The notes: a model not told the origin generated them from the sequence alone. A stretch of DNA of 64,000 bases from Gammaproteobacteria bacterium (GCA_963662545.2 CAXXLL010000002.1:2240001-2304000), one strand, 5' to 3'. Shown: positions 41,011 to 51,995, numbered from the stretch's first letter. Numbers and translations: made by a program.

Positions 41011-41991
41011 ATGGACACCGCAACTTCGACCCGCGAGGCCATTTACAGACTGCGCGATTTCGTGAGCCAGCACATTCTCGGCCAGGAACGGCTGGTCGAG
41101 CGGCTGCTGGTGGCGCTGCTGTGCGATGGCCATCTCCTGGTCGAAGGCGCCCCCGGCCTCGCCAAGACCCGCGCGATCAAGGTTTTGGGTGAAGGTATCG
41201 AGGGCGAATTCCATCGGATTCAGTTTACCCCCGATCTCATGCCCGCAGACCTCACGGGGACGGAAATCTATCGCCCGCAGGATGGCTCGTTCGTGTTCCA
41301 GCAAGGTCCGCTGTTTCACAATCTCGTCCTCGCCGATGAGGTCAATCGCGCGCCCGCTAAAGTGCAGTCGGCCCTTCTTGAAGCCATGGGGGAGCGGCAG
41401 ATCACCATCGGGCGCGTTTCCTATCAATTGCCGGAACTGTTCATGGTGATGGCCACACAGAATCCACTGGAGCACGAAGGCACCTACCCGCTACCGGAGG
41501 CGCAACTCGACCGGTTCCTCCTGCACGTCAACATTACCTATCCCGATCACGAGGCAGAAAAGCGGGTGCTGCACCTCGCGCGCGAGGAAGCCGCCAATCC
41601 GGTCGAAGCCGGCGCCGCGCCCACCGCGGTCCTGGACCAGGAACAGGTCTTCGCCGCGCGGCGCGAAGTGCTCGCCACCTTTATGAGCGAAGACGTCGAG
41701 CGCTACTTGATGGAGATCGTTTTCGCGACGCGCTCGCCGGCGCCCTACGGTGACGACCTGGCGAACTGGTTGGAGTACGGCGGCAGCCCGCGCGCTACGA
41801 TCGCACTCGACCGCACGGCACGCGCCCACGCCTGGCTGGCCGGGCAGGATTACGTGAGCCCGGCGGACGTTCAGGACGTCGCGAGCGACGTCTTACGCCA
41901 TCGCGTGATACTGAACTACGAGGCAACAGCGGACGGCGTCACAACCGATCGCTTTGTTAATGAACTCGTTCAGCGCATCGCCGTTCCGTAA
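41011..41991 (+). CDS. MoxR-family AAA+ ATPase
   Basis: EGAPGLAKT, RIQFTPDLMPAD, LADEVNRAPAKVQSALLEAM, ATQNP, YPLPEAQLDRF. Confidence 0.97.
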   Translation: MDTATSTREAIYRLRDFVSQHILGQERLVERLLVALLCDGHLLVEGAPGLAKTRAIKVLGEGIEGEFHRIQFTPDLMPADLTGTEIYRPQDGSFVFQQGPLFHNLVLADEVNRAPAKVQSALLEAMGERQITIGRVSYQLPELFMVMATQNPLEHEGTYPLPEAQLDRFLLHVNITYPDHEAEKRVLHLAREEAANPVEAGAAPTAVLDQEQVFAARREVLATFMSEDVERYLMEIVFATRSPAPYGDDLANWLEYGGSPRATIALDRTARAHAWLAGQDYVSPADVQDVASDVLRHRVILNYEATADGVTTDRFVNELVQRIAVP

Positions 41992-42021
41992 CATCCCGTG
42001 CCAGGCCGGCGGTCGTAAGCT

Positions 42022-42972
42022 GTGAGCGCATCGCTAGCAAACGAAGCGGCGACGGTGCCGGACATCGAACGCGTCGAACCCCAACTGCGCGAGCTAATGA
42101 GCCTCGCGGCATATGCCGCGGCGCTGCCGTCCTGGTCCCGATCCATTCGTGCGACCCAGAGCGGACAGTATCTCTCAACCCTGCGTGGGCGCGGCATGGA
42201 ATATGACGAATCACGACCTTACCAGCCGGGAGACGACGTCCGCCTGCTCGACTGGCGCGTGACCGCGCGCACCGGTAAACCGCACACGAAGCTGTTTCGC
42301 GAGGAACGCGAACGCCCGGTGTTTCTCTGTGTCGACTATCGGCGCGGTATGTTCTTCGCTACGCGCGGCGTATTCAAGGCGGTCCAGGCCGCGCGCACGG
42401 CGAGCGTGCTCGCCTGGCGTGCGCAGCTGAACGGCGACCGTGTCGGCGGCCTGGTGTTCGCGGACGGCGAACATCATGAATTACCGCCACGGCGCGGCAA
42501 AACGGCAGCTATTCAGTGGATAAAGCTGCTTTGTGAACAGGCCCCAAAGGTTCGCACCGCGGCAACAGCGGACGGTATCGATCGCACGCTCGCGGACGCC
42601 ATGACGCGCCTCAGGCGCATTGCCAAGCCCGGCAGCCTGATCTTTTTGGTGAGTGATTTCCGCGCCTTCAACGATCATTGCAAAGCCGAACTCGTACGCC
42701 TCGCTGGACATACCGACATCGCCTTGATCGCGATCCACGATCCGCTCGAAGCCCGGCTCCCGGCGCTGCACGAAGCCGCGTCGGTCAGCGATGGCCACCG
42801 CACCGTTCGCCTCGCCGGTATCACCACCCGTCAGCGTGCACATTACGCCGAGCAGTTTGCGCGGCGGATCGAAGCCGTCAGGCAGCACTGCCGCGATCAC
42901 CGGCTGCTTTTTACGACGATCGATACCACCGCCGACCCTATCGCGGCGCTGGTCAAGCTGCTGGGCGGTTGA
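42022..42972 (+). CDS. DUF58 domain protein
   Basis: GRGMEYDESRPYQPGDDVRLLDWRVTAR, EERER, VSDF. Confidence 0.93.
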   Translation: MSASLANEAATVPDIERVEPQLRELMSLAAYAAALPSWSRSIRATQSGQYLSTLRGRGMEYDESRPYQPGDDVRLLDWRVTARTGKPHTKLFREERERPVFLCVDYRRGMFFATRGVFKAVQAARTASVLAWRAQLNGDRVGGLVFADGEHHELPPRRGKTAAIQWIKLLCEQAPKVRTAATADGIDRTLADAMTRLRRIAKPGSLIFLVSDFRAFNDHCKAELVRLAGHTDIALIAIHDPLEARLPALHEAASVSDGHRTVRLAGITTRQRAHYAEQFARRIEAVRQHCRDHRLLFTTIDTTADPIAALVKLLGG

Positions 42973-42977
42973 ACGGC

Positions 42978-43499
42978 ATGGATCCGGAGACGCTGCCGCT
43001 CAGAGACATTCACCTGCCGGCGCCCATCACCTGGTGGCCGCCGGCGCCGGGTTGGTTGATCGCGGCCGGCTTACTGGCGCTCATCGCCTGCGCGTCGCTG
43101 ATCGCCTGGCGGCGTCGTGTCCGTTTACGGGCACAGCGCGCGGCCCTGCGGGAACTCGATCGCATCACTGCCCGTTACACCGTAAGCGGCGATGGACACA
43201 CGTGTGCGCGGAGCCTTTCTCGGCTTGCACGGCGGATCACGCTCGTGTACGCCGGGCGAAAGGCGACGGCCGCCACCGGTCTTGAGTGGCTGGCTGTCAT
43301 TCGAAATCTCAGCAGCGACGAGGACGTCACCGAAACCCTGATACAGATTCTCCAAACCGCACCCTATTCAAAAACGGCTGCCGAGCAACTGCCGGCCAAG
43401 GACTACCGCGCGGCCGCGGACGCTATGCGAACGTGGCTCCGCGCATTGCCGAAGCGGGTGCGAACACTGGCACGTTCGGACAGACATGCTGCAGTTTGA
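42978..43499 (+). CDS. DUF4381 membrane protein
   Basis: MDPETLPLRDIHLPAPITWWPPAPGW + TM helix; operon position. Confidence 0.88.
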   Translation: MDPETLPLRDIHLPAPITWWPPAPGWLIAAGLLALIACASLIAWRRRVRLRAQRAALRELDRITARYTVSGDGHTCARSLSRLARRITLVYAGRKATAATGLEWLAVIRNLSSDEDVTETLIQILQTAPYSKTAAEQLPAKDYRAAADAMRTWLRALPKRVRTLARSDRHAAV

Positions 43500-44481
43500 A
43501 TGGCCCTGGGTTTTCGCGGTGCTGCCGCTGCCGTGGCTGATCCGGCGCTTGCTGCCAGCCGCCACCACCGTGCGCGGCGCCCCGCTGCGGGTACCGGCCC
43601 TCGAAGATTTTCAATTCCTGGTCGATCCAGGGACCGCCGCCGGCTGGCGGGCGAGCATCGCGGCCTGCGCGCTCGCCTGGATCCTGCTCGTGACCAGCGC
43701 GGCGCGGCCCCAATGGCTCGGCGATGCGATCGAAGTGCCGGTCAACGGTCGCGACCTCATGTTGGCCGTCGATCTCTCCGAAAGTATGCGCGAAACGGAT
43801 TTCGTGTTGAACAGCCGCCCGGTCGATCGCTTGACCGCCACGAAGATCGTCGCGCGGGACTTCATCGACCGGCGGGTCGGCGATCGATTAGGCCTCATCC
43901 TGTTCGGCCAGCAGGCGTATCTGCACGTGCCGCTTACCTTCGATCGCAGCACCGTGCAGCAGCTTCTAGATGAAGCTGTGATCGGCATCGCCGGTCGACA
44001 GACAGCCATCGGCGACGCCTTGGGTCTGGCGGTAAAGCGCCTGCGGGGCGAAGAAACGCCGCATAAAGTGCTCATATTAATGACCGACGGACACAATACC
44101 GCGGGCGTGATCGAACCGTTGCGCGCGGCCGAACTCGCGGCCGAAGCAGGACTCACCGTGCATACCATCGGCATCGGCGCGAACGAATCCATCCAACGCG
44201 GCTTTTTCGGCTCGGTCAGGATCAACCCGTCCGCCGATCTCGACGAGGAAACACTCAAAGCCATCGCCGCGAAGACCGGGGGGCGCTACTTCCGCGCGTA
44301 CGACACGCGGAAATTTCAGGAGATATACACCGAACTCGACAAACTCGAGCCGATCGAGCACGGCGGTGAGCACTTTCGCCCGACCGCGCCGCTGTTTTTC
44401 TGGCCACTGGGGCTGGCGTTCGCCTGCACTGCCGCAACGCTGGTCTTGCGCGGGCGCAGCACGCGCGCAATGGCGCAATGA
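43486..44481 (+). CDS. BatA-like VWA domain protein
   Basis: ARPQW, MIDAS DLSES, TAIGDA, LMTDG, DLDEETL..IA..TGG.YFRA. Confidence 0.93.
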   Translation: MLQFEWPWVFAVLPLPWLIRRLLPAATTVRGAPLRVPALEDFQFLVDPGTAAGWRASIAACALAWILLVTSAARPQWLGDAIEVPVNGRDLMLAVDLSESMRETDFVLNSRPVDRLTATKIVARDFIDRRVGDRLGLILFGQQAYLHVPLTFDRSTVQQLLDEAVIGIAGRQTAIGDALGLAVKRLRGEETPHKVLILMTDGHNTAGVIEPLRAAELAAEAGLTVHTIGIGANESIQRGFFGSVRINPSADLDEETLKAIAAKTGGRYFRAYDTRKFQEIYTELDKLEPIEHGGEHFRPTAPLFFWPLGLAFACTAATLVLRGRSTRAMAQ

Positions 44482-44494
44482 TGGATGCCGCTTG

Positions 44495-46288
44495 ATGGAA
44501 GAATTCCACTTTCTGCGACCCTTGTGGCTGACCGGCCTCGTGCCGTTCTGGTTCATCGTGTGGCGGACCCTGCGATCGTCACACCTCGGTGGGGCGTGGT
44601 CGCGTGCCTGTGACGCAGCGCTTTTGCCATTCGTCCTCAAGACGCAGCCCGTGGGCAGCGGCAGTTTTGCTGGCATCGGAGCGACCCTGGCGGGCACGCT
44701 CGCGATCATTGCGCTGGCGGGCCCCGTGTGGGAGCGCCTGCCGGTTCCGGTATTTCGTGGAGATTCCGCGCTGGTCATTGCGCTCGATCTCTCGCGTTCG
44801 ATGACCGCCGAAGACCAAGCGCCGTCGCGGCTCCAACGGGCCAAATTCAGGATCGCCGACATCCTGCGGTTACGAACCACGGGGCAGACGGCGCTGGTCG
44901 TATTCGCCGCGCAGAGTTTTATCGTCACTCCGCTGACCGACGACACGGAAACGATCGCCGCCCAACTACAGGCACTCGATACCGAAATCATGCCGAAACA
45001 GGGCAGCGAACCCGCCGGTGCACTAGCGCAAGCCGATCAATTGCTGCTGCAGGCAGGTATTCCACGCGGCCACGTGTTGCTGATTACCGATGGTGCCGAT
45101 CCGGCGGCGCTGGAACGCGCACACAAGCGCCTCGCTTCGATGCGCCATCGCCTGAGCGTGCTCGGCGTGGGCACGGCCGAAGGCGCGCCTATCCCTGATC
45201 AGTCGGGTGGCTTTTTGAGGAATTCCGACGGCGAGATAATCGTAAGCCGGCTGGCGTCTTCGGAACTCGGGCGACTCGCGCGGGCGGGCGGCGGCATCTA
45301 CCTGGAAGTCACGGCCGACGACAGCGACTTGACGCGCCTCAATAGTCTCCTCGACGCCGATCTCGACGCCGACGTTCAGCGGCTGGAGGAATTGGCGTCG
45401 AGCCAGTGGCGTGAATTCGGGCCGTGGCTGCTACTACCCCTGTTGCCGCTCGCCGCGCTGGGATTCAGGCGTGGGATCCTCGTCCTCGCCGTTGCCCTCA
45501 TGGCACCCACCCTACCGCGGGAGGCCCTCGCCAACTGGTGGCAGACGCCGGACCAGGCCGCCTACGAAGCCTTCGACGAGGGCGCCTACGCGTCGGCCGC
45601 AAAGACTTTCGAGAACGACCGCTGGCGAGGCGCGGCGCACTACCGCGCCGGCGCTTTTGAGGATGCCGTCCAGGCACTGTCCAATCTCGACGATATTGAG
45701 GCGCATTACAACCTTGGCAACGCCCTGGCCAAGGTCGGGCGCTTTGCGGAAGCGATCGCCGCTTATGAGGCGGCGATCGCAAAAGCCGCTGATCACGAAG
45801 ACGCGGCGTACAACAAAGCTTTGCTCGAGAAACTGCTCGCCGAAGAAGCATCCGATCAGCAGAATTCGAACGATCAGGACAATGGCAGCGAAGACGATGG
45901 GGAGCAAAACCAGGGTGCCCAGCAGGATGGCGGTCAACACGGCGAAGCGACCGAGCCCGATCTAAGTTCGACCAGTGACGCCGATGGCGAGAATACCGAC
46001 GCGACAGAACCGAACGACATGGCCAAGGAGGAAGAGGATTCCGCAGCCGCGGAAGCCGCTGCACAACGCGAAGAACGGGCCGACGAGGAGAAGGACGAGG
46101 AGGAACAACGAACGAGCCGAACGCAACTGGCAGAAGGCGAGAGTGAATCGGACGCGGAGCGCGCACAGGCGACCGAGCAATGGCTGCGCCGGATCCCGGA
46201 CGATCCCGCCGGCCTGCTGCGGCGCAAGTTCCAGTATCAGTACAAGCGCCTCTACGGCGACGCCCCGTACCAGGGGGATCAATGGTAA
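44495..46288 (+). CDS. BatB/BatC-like VWA + TPR protein
   Basis: FHFLRP, ALAGP, DLSRS, ITDG, TPR YNLGNALA, acidic linker, QWLRRIPDDPAGLLRRKF. Confidence 0.92.
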   Translation: MEEFHFLRPLWLTGLVPFWFIVWRTLRSSHLGGAWSRACDAALLPFVLKTQPVGSGSFAGIGATLAGTLAIIALAGPVWERLPVPVFRGDSALVIALDLSRSMTAEDQAPSRLQRAKFRIADILRLRTTGQTALVVFAAQSFIVTPLTDDTETIAAQLQALDTEIMPKQGSEPAGALAQADQLLLQAGIPRGHVLLITDGADPAALERAHKRLASMRHRLSVLGVGTAEGAPIPDQSGGFLRNSDGEIIVSRLASSELGRLARAGGGIYLEVTADDSDLTRLNSLLDADLDADVQRLEELASSQWREFGPWLLLPLLPLAALGFRRGILVLAVALMAPTLPREALANWWQTPDQAAYEAFDEGAYASAAKTFENDRWRGAAHYRAGAFEDAVQALSNLDDIEAHYNLGNALAKVGRFAEAIAAYEAAIAKAADHEDAAYNKALLEKLLAEEASDQQNSNDQDNGSEDDGEQNQGAQQDGGQHGEATEPDLSSTSDADGENTDATEPNDMAKEEEDSAAAEAAAQREERADEEKDEEEQRTSRTQLAEGESESDAERAQATEQWLRRIPDDPAGLLRRKFQYQYKRLYGDAPYQGDQW

Positions 46289-48009
46289 GCCGCATCCATA
46301 TCACACTCGCATTGGCAGCTTGGCTTATCGCCCTTCAGGCTGCGGAGATCGAACTCGACGTTACGCCGGATCCGCTCGTCATGGACGAGTCGTTCCAATT
46401 GCGCTTTCGGGTGACCGGAGAGGCCGAGCGCAATCCCGACTTCGCCCCGCTCGAAGTACTCTTCACCCTCATCGGCCGCAATCGGCAGACCTCCATCAAA
46501 TGGGTCAACGGGCGACGCGAGCAGACCACCTCGTGGATCATCAACGCGATGCCACGGCATACCGGCGAGGTCGAGATCCCTTCGATCAGGTTTGGCTCTG
46601 ACCGCAGCCCCACGCGCAAGATCACCGTCATCGCCTCTTCCAGTGCGCCGGTCGACAGCGACGCTAAGATCATCCTGCAGGTCGAGGCGACACCGCGAAA
46701 CCCGTACGTGCAGCAACAGGTGATCTATACGTTCCGGCTGCTGCACCGGGTTGAACTCGGAAACCCGCGTTTTTCATCGATCACGACCAGCGCCGACGCC
46801 ATCATCAAACCGCTCGGCACGGGTCGGCAGTTCATCCACAAAGTCAAGGGCCGCAGCTACGAAGCTTTCGAGCAGCGCTACGCGATTTTCCCACAGAAAA
46901 GCGGACCTTTGACCATCCATCCGCTGGTGCTGACGACGCAGATGCGTGCCGGCAAGCGCAATTTCTCGGATCTCTTCGCACGCGCCCTCACCACCAAGCG
47001 TGTCGAATCCGACGCCGTCGAGCTCGACGTACGGCCGGTCCCTGCCGTTTTTCCGGACCACGCGACCTGGCTGCCCGCCCGGCGGCTGCGCCTCTACGAG
47101 GAATGGGAGCCCGACGTCGAGGAGGCGGAGATCGGCGCGCCGCTGTCGCGTACGATCTTCCTCTGGGCCGAGGGCCTCGTCAGCGGCCAGGTTCCGTTGG
47201 TCGAATTCGACGCGCCGCCCGGGATCAAGGTCTACCCGGATAAACCACAAAGCAACGACCAGGATACGCCGAGCGGTTTTACCATGGTGCTGCAGGAAAA
47301 GTTCGCCTTCATTCCAGGCCGCCCGGGTACGGTGCGGTTCGAGCCTCTACGCGTGCCGTGGTGGAACATAGAGACAGACCAGATGGAGACTGCGGAGCTT
47401 CCCGAGCGTACCCTTAGAGTCGCGGGTGCTGCACTTGCGGCGGGCCGAGTTCAGTCAACGCCGATCCCGGAGCCCGCCGTGGAACAAACCGTTGCAGCTG
47501 CCCCTAGGTTACCCGCGGTACGGGCCAGTGTTTGGTTTTGGATCGCATGCGCACTCGGTGCCGGCTGGCTCGCTACACTCGGATTGTGGTTTTTAAAGTC
47601 GCGGCGGGTCACGCAGGTAGGAGCTCTCGAGCAGTCCGCGCCGCCGCCGCGCCGCGCCGCGGCCGTGCGTGATTTGAAGACGGCTTGCCGGGCGGATGAC
47701 CCGTGCGGGGCACGTGCGGCGCTGATGAACTGGTCGACAACGGTCTTCGGAGCCACCCCGGGCTCATCCGATGCCATAAAAGCTCCCGGCCCGGCGCCCC
47801 TGAACTTACGGAGCTTGGCGCTGCGCTTGAAAGGCGACCTGGGCAGCGAAATCAACCGGCTGGAACAGCAGCTATACGGCCAGGTGGACACCGACTGGCG
47901 CGGCAGGGCGCTGTGGGATGCGTTTCGCCGCCACCGGTCGCCCACAGCACCGGGCACTAGCCGCTCGGACGACCCGCTGCCCCCAATCTTCAAGTTAGCG
48001 GAACAATAG
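46282..48009 (+). CDS. BatD-like protein
   Basis: Signal peptide, YAIFPQKSG, WLPARRL, KVYPDKP, VPWWN, C-terminal TM. Confidence 0.9.
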   Translation: MVSRIHITLALAAWLIALQAAEIELDVTPDPLVMDESFQLRFRVTGEAERNPDFAPLEVLFTLIGRNRQTSIKWVNGRREQTTSWIINAMPRHTGEVEIPSIRFGSDRSPTRKITVIASSSAPVDSDAKIILQVEATPRNPYVQQQVIYTFRLLHRVELGNPRFSSITTSADAIIKPLGTGRQFIHKVKGRSYEAFEQRYAIFPQKSGPLTIHPLVLTTQMRAGKRNFSDLFARALTTKRVESDAVELDVRPVPAVFPDHATWLPARRLRLYEEWEPDVEEAEIGAPLSRTIFLWAEGLVSGQVPLVEFDAPPGIKVYPDKPQSNDQDTPSGFTMVLQEKFAFIPGRPGTVRFEPLRVPWWNIETDQMETAELPERTLRVAGAALAAGRVQSTPIPEPAVEQTVAAAPRLPAVRASVWFWIACALGAGWLATLGLWFLKSRRVTQVGALEQSAPPPRRAAAVRDLKTACRADDPCGARAALMNWSTTVFGATPGSSDAIKAPGPAPLNLRSLALRLKGDLGSEINRLEQQLYGQVDTDWRGRALWDAFRRHRSPTAPGTSRSDDPLPPIFKLAEQ

Positions 48010-48151
48010 TAGGAAACTTGTCACAAATCCCTTCTAAAGTATTCTAGAATAGGCCGTTCGGACCCGAGGTGCTGCTACAACCAACTACACTCCGGATACT
48101 GCCCCAATAAAAAACGATCACGGGGCAGCCATGCGAGGAGGAACCGGCGGC

Positions 48152-50299
48152 ATGAATACAGCGGCGGCAGTGCTGGCTGTCGATGATAACGCTACGATTC
48201 GAAAAGCGATTTCCATGCGTCTCGGCGCGAAAGGCTTCGAGGTCGTCACCGCCCAGGACGGCCTCGAAGCGCTGAAACTCATCGGACAAAAGCGCTTCGA
48301 TCTCGTTCTTCTCGACCTGCAGATGCCCGAAATGCGGGGCGACGAAGTATTGCGTCGCGTTCGGCAGCAATATTCCGCCACCGAGCTGCCAGTCATCATT
48401 CTTGCGGCGAGTAGCGACAAGGCGGATATCAACCGCAGTCTCGAACTCGGCGCCAACGACTACATCATCAAACCCGGCGACCTGCCTATCCTGGTCGCGA
48501 GAATTCGCACCCAGCTAGCACTCAAGGATACCGTGGCCAAGCTTCGCGAGCACAGTGCGTTGATGCGCAAGGTGTTTTCCCTGGAAGCGGCGGGCGTGAA
48601 CGGCTACGCGGATGACACCGAGATACTGCTAGACGATATCGACGGCGTGCAAAGTATCCCGTTCGACTTGTTGCACGACAACATGCCCATGACCTGCTTC
48701 ACCTTGACCAGCGACGGCAACATCATCAACACCAACCGCTTCGGCGCGCAGTTTCTGGGCTACAGCGCCGATGAGATCGTCAAGCGCCCCCTCCTCGATC
48801 TCTACGTTGCCGACGACCGCGGGCTGGCACAGGAAAACCTGGCCGGCGCGGTCGACATGCCCGGGGCCGTGCAACGCTGGGACATCCGCCACATCAAGAA
48901 GAACGGCGACGTCATCTGGATGCGGAACACGGCGCGTGCCGTGCGATACGGCCGGTCGCTGATCATTCTCGTCACCTGTGAGGATATCGACGACGCCTAC
49001 AAATTGAGTGAAATACTGTCGCTACAATCGCTGCACGACGAATTGACGGGCCTCGCCAACCGTAAGGCGCTCGAGCAACGCCTCAACCAGGTCATAGAAA
49101 GCGCGCAGACGGAGAAAACCAAACATTCGCTCGCCGTCATCGACCTCGACGAGTTCATGCTGATCAACGACGCTTGCGGTCACGAGGGCGGCGACGAGCT
49201 CCTGCGCCAGATCGCGAAGCTGCTGAAGTCGCTGGTGCGCACGCGCGATACCATCGCACGCATCGGTGCGGACGAATTCGGCGTACTGATGGAGGATTGC
49301 CCCACGGAAACGGCCCGCGAGGCCGCCGAAGACCTGCGACGGGCGATCGAATCGCACGCGTTCATCTGGAAAGGCCGCCGTTTCAAGGTTTCGGCCAGTC
49401 TCGGCACGGTCACCATCGACGAGTCCTGCGACACCACCGGCAGCGTGCTCAGTATGGCGGATACGGCGTGTTACGCAGCCAAGGATTCAGGGCGCAACCG
49501 CGTCCACACCTACCAACCGGACGATGCGCCGATCGCAGCCCGGCACGGGGAGAGGCGTTGGGCTGCGCGCATTTCCCAGGCCCTCGCCGAAGATCGCTTC
49601 GAGCTGAACCTGCAGCCGATCCGATCGCTGATCGCCGACGGAGAAGATCATTACGAGCTGCTGCTGCGCATGAGGGATGAAATGGGCGAGATCGTCATGC
49701 CGGGGGAATTCTTACCGGCCGCGGAACGCTACAATCTCGCCGATAGGCTCGACCGCTGGGTCATCGCCCGCGCCTTTGAGTGGTTACGCCAGCGCCCACC
49801 GGGTACGACTCAGCTGTGCTGCATCAATCTTTCGGGGCAGTCGATCGGCAACGACGGCGTACTCGAATTCATATTCGATCAATTCGACAGCGGCGCTGCT
49901 GCCCCGCACGAAGTGTGCTTCGAAATCACGGAAACGGCGGCGATCGCCGATCTGGTGAGCGCCACGCGGTTCATGCAGCAGCTCAAGGAACGCGGTTGCC
50001 GCTTCTCGCTCGACGATTTTGGCAGCGGTTTCTCCTCACTCGCTTACTTGAAACAACTGCCGGTCGATTTTCTAAAGATCGACGGCGCGTTCGTGCGGGA
50101 CATGGCTAATGACTCCATCGACTGCGCCATGGTTCGATCGATCAACGAGATCGGCCATGTCATGGGGAAACGGACGATTGCCGAATTCGTCGAAGACAAT
50201 CGCACCTTAGACATGTTACGCGCAGTCGGCGTCGATTTCGTGCAGGGTTACGAGATCGGCCGCCCGGTGCCTTTGGACCAGTTCGAGGTTCACTTCTGA
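48152..50299 (+). CDS. REC-PAS-GGDEF-EAL signalling protein
   Basis: VDD/DLQMP receiver, PAS, HDELTGLANR...RIGADEF, ELLLRM...DDFGSGFSS; AGGAGG RBS before ATG 48152. Confidence 0.95.
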   Translation: MNTAAAVLAVDDNATIRKAISMRLGAKGFEVVTAQDGLEALKLIGQKRFDLVLLDLQMPEMRGDEVLRRVRQQYSATELPVIILAASSDKADINRSLELGANDYIIKPGDLPILVARIRTQLALKDTVAKLREHSALMRKVFSLEAAGVNGYADDTEILLDDIDGVQSIPFDLLHDNMPMTCFTLTSDGNIINTNRFGAQFLGYSADEIVKRPLLDLYVADDRGLAQENLAGAVDMPGAVQRWDIRHIKKNGDVIWMRNTARAVRYGRSLIILVTCEDIDDAYKLSEILSLQSLHDELTGLANRKALEQRLNQVIESAQTEKTKHSLAVIDLDEFMLINDACGHEGGDELLRQIAKLLKSLVRTRDTIARIGADEFGVLMEDCPTETAREAAEDLRRAIESHAFIWKGRRFKVSASLGTVTIDESCDTTGSVLSMADTACYAAKDSGRNRVHTYQPDDAPIAARHGERRWAARISQALAEDRFELNLQPIRSLIADGEDHYELLLRMRDEMGEIVMPGEFLPAAERYNLADRLDRWVIARAFEWLRQRPPGTTQLCCINLSGQSIGNDGVLEFIFDQFDSGAAAPHEVCFEITETAAIADLVSATRFMQQLKERGCRFSLDDFGSGFSSLAYLKQLPVDFLKIDGAFVRDMANDSIDCAMVRSINEIGHVMGKRTIAEFVEDNRTLDMLRAVGVDFVQGYEIGRPVPLDQFEVHF

Positions 50300-50321
50300 A
50301 TCGTTGTTGGAGACATTTCAA

Positions 50322-50395
50322 TTCGCCCGCAAGCGGGCTCTTACGGAAGGCATACCGCGAACCCCTGCCCCCGTAGGAGCTCGCTAGCGGGCGAA
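50322..50395. repeat. REP doublet (GTAG-type), inverted pair
   Basis: TTCGCCCGCAAGCGGGCTCTTAC ... GTAGGAGCTCGCTAGCGGGCGAA; same family recurs at 63109-63169. Confidence 0.75.
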
Positions 50396-50440
50396 GGGCG
50401 CTTACCGTTGTAAACTGATCATGCGGAACGATCATTGAAG

Positions 50441-51037
50441 CTAGCCCCTCCCATCCCGGTCTGGGGTGTGGGTCAAATCGGACGGCTCGTCAATGTCGAG
50501 CAGCACGCCGGGGTCGTCCGTTTCGATCCATTGAACCTCGCCTGCATAGGACCGGAGAATCGAACGCGCACCCTCGTCGCCACTGAGTTCCAGTAGATCG
50601 GAACGAAATCGAGCGGGGAAAAGCACGGGATGGCCGGAGCGCTGACGGTATCTCGGCACGATGATGGCGTCGGCTTCATCGAAGCAACGGATCACCCGCT
50701 TTACCGTCGCCGTCTCGACGTGCGGCATATCGCCGAGCGCGACGATCCAGGCCCGCGCCTGCATACTGCGCCGTACGCCGCAGCGCACGCTATGCCCCAT
50801 ACCACGATGCGCGTCGGCACATTCGACGACCTCGAATCCGGCTTGCGAAAAGCACTCCCAAGTGGTGTCGTCGCCGGCGCGCGTGACGACCAGCAGCGAA
50901 TCGACGGCGTCGGCAATGCGTCGGGCTGCCTTGAGGCCCACGCATTCGTCGCCCGGCAAGCGCGCCAGCAACTTGTTGGCGCCGAACCGGCTGGCGCTGC
51001 CTCCGGCGAGTAGCAATCCCGTCAGTGCGTCGCCCAC
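50441..51037 (-). CDS. Molybdenum cofactor cytidylyltransferase-like nucleotidyltransferase (MocA family)
   Basis: LLAGGSASRFGANKLL, GMGHS, LGDMP, GHPVLF, GDEGAR, DIDEPSD. Confidence 0.88.
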   Translation of the reverse strand: MGDALTGLLLAGGSASRFGANKLLARLPGDECVGLKAARRIADAVDSLLVVTRAGDDTTWECFSQAGFEVVECADAHRGMGHSVRCGVRRSMQARAWIVALGDMPHVETATVKRVIRCFDEADAIIVPRYRQRSGHPVLFPARFRSDLLELSGDEGARSILRSYAGEVQWIETDDPGVLLDIDEPSDLTHTPDRDGRG

Positions 51038-51041
51038 ACCG

Positions 51042-51995
51042 TCACGCCGATGCGCGGTGAGTCACGATTTCGACGCCGTTGCGCGCGGCCGTGATGTCGA
51101 CCACGACCGCCAACGCGATTTCCTGCGGCCTGCGGGTGTTCAAATCGATGCCGATCGGACCCCGAATGCGGGTGATATCGGCCTCGCTAGCGCCGAAATG
51201 CTCCATCAATCGCTCCGCGCGGCGCTTCGTGGTGCCCGACGAACCCAAGGCCCCAATGTAGAAAGCCCGTGTTCGTAACGCCTCGATCATGGCGAGATCG
51301 TCGACTTTGGGATCGTGAGTCAGCGCGACGATGGCCGTCTGTTCGTCACAGTGTGCACCCGCAATGTGATCATCGGGGTACGCGCCTGTCACTTCGAAAT
51401 CGGCCAGACTCCATGCTTCACGATATTCGATACGCGGGTCACATACCTCGACAGCGTATTCGAGCTGTGCGGCGAAACGGCATACCCAGGACGCGAGTTC
51501 GCCGGCGCCGATGACCATTAAGCGCCATGCCGGTTCGTAGACGACTTTCAGGACCTTGTCGCTGAATTCTGTACGCTCGTCGGTGTCGGCAATCGACCAG
51601 CTTGCGGTCTGCCGCTCGAGATCGATGGACCGAACGATGCGCTGACCCGATCGCAGGACCTCGACGAGATCGGCAACGACCGACGCCTCGGTGATCGGTT
51701 CGAGCACCAGCAGCAATCGTCCGCCGCAGGGCAGCGTGCGGCTGGATTCCGAAGCGTATTCGATCGTTTCGATGCGGTTGGGAAACTGCCTCTGGATGCG
51801 TTCGATGAGTTCTTCCTCGATGCATCCGCCGGACACCGAACCTTCGAAGCGCGCGTTCTCGTTCAGCACCATTAATGCACCGGGTTGGCGTGGCGAAGAG
51901 CCCCAGGTATGTGCGACCGTCGCCAGCACAACCCGGTCGCCGCGTTCGAGCCACGCCAGACCGCGTTCGAGAATGTTCACTTCGCTACGGTGCAC
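51042..51995 (-). CDS. XdhC/CoxI-family Moco insertion chaperone
   Basis: TWGSSPRQPG, GSVSGGCIE, LPCGG, THDPKVDD, YIGALGS, GPIG; start placed at GTG 51995. Confidence 0.92.
   Translation of the reverse strand: MHRSEVNILERGLAWLERGDRVVLATVAHTWGSSPRQPGALMVLNENARFEGSVSGGCIEEELIERIQRQFPNRIETIEYASESSRTLPCGGRLLLVLEPITEASVVADLVEVLRSGQRIVRSIDLERQTASWSIADTDERTEFSDKVLKVVYEPAWRLMVIGAGELASWVCRFAAQLEYAVEVCDPRIEYREAWSLADFEVTGAYPDDHIAGAHCDEQTAIVALTHDPKVDDLAMIEALRTRAFYIGALGSSGTTKRRAERLMEHFGASEADITRIRGPIGIDLNTRRPQEIALAVVVDITAARNGVEIVTHRASA

Noticed and set aside
45850-46160. Low-complexity purine-rich stretch
   Set aside because: Encodes the usual acidic/Gln-rich linker of BatB/C proteins; not a DNA repeat
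41011-48009. MoxR-DUF58-DUF4381-BatABD operon as a novel system
   Set aside because: Widespread, well-described gene set in the usual order
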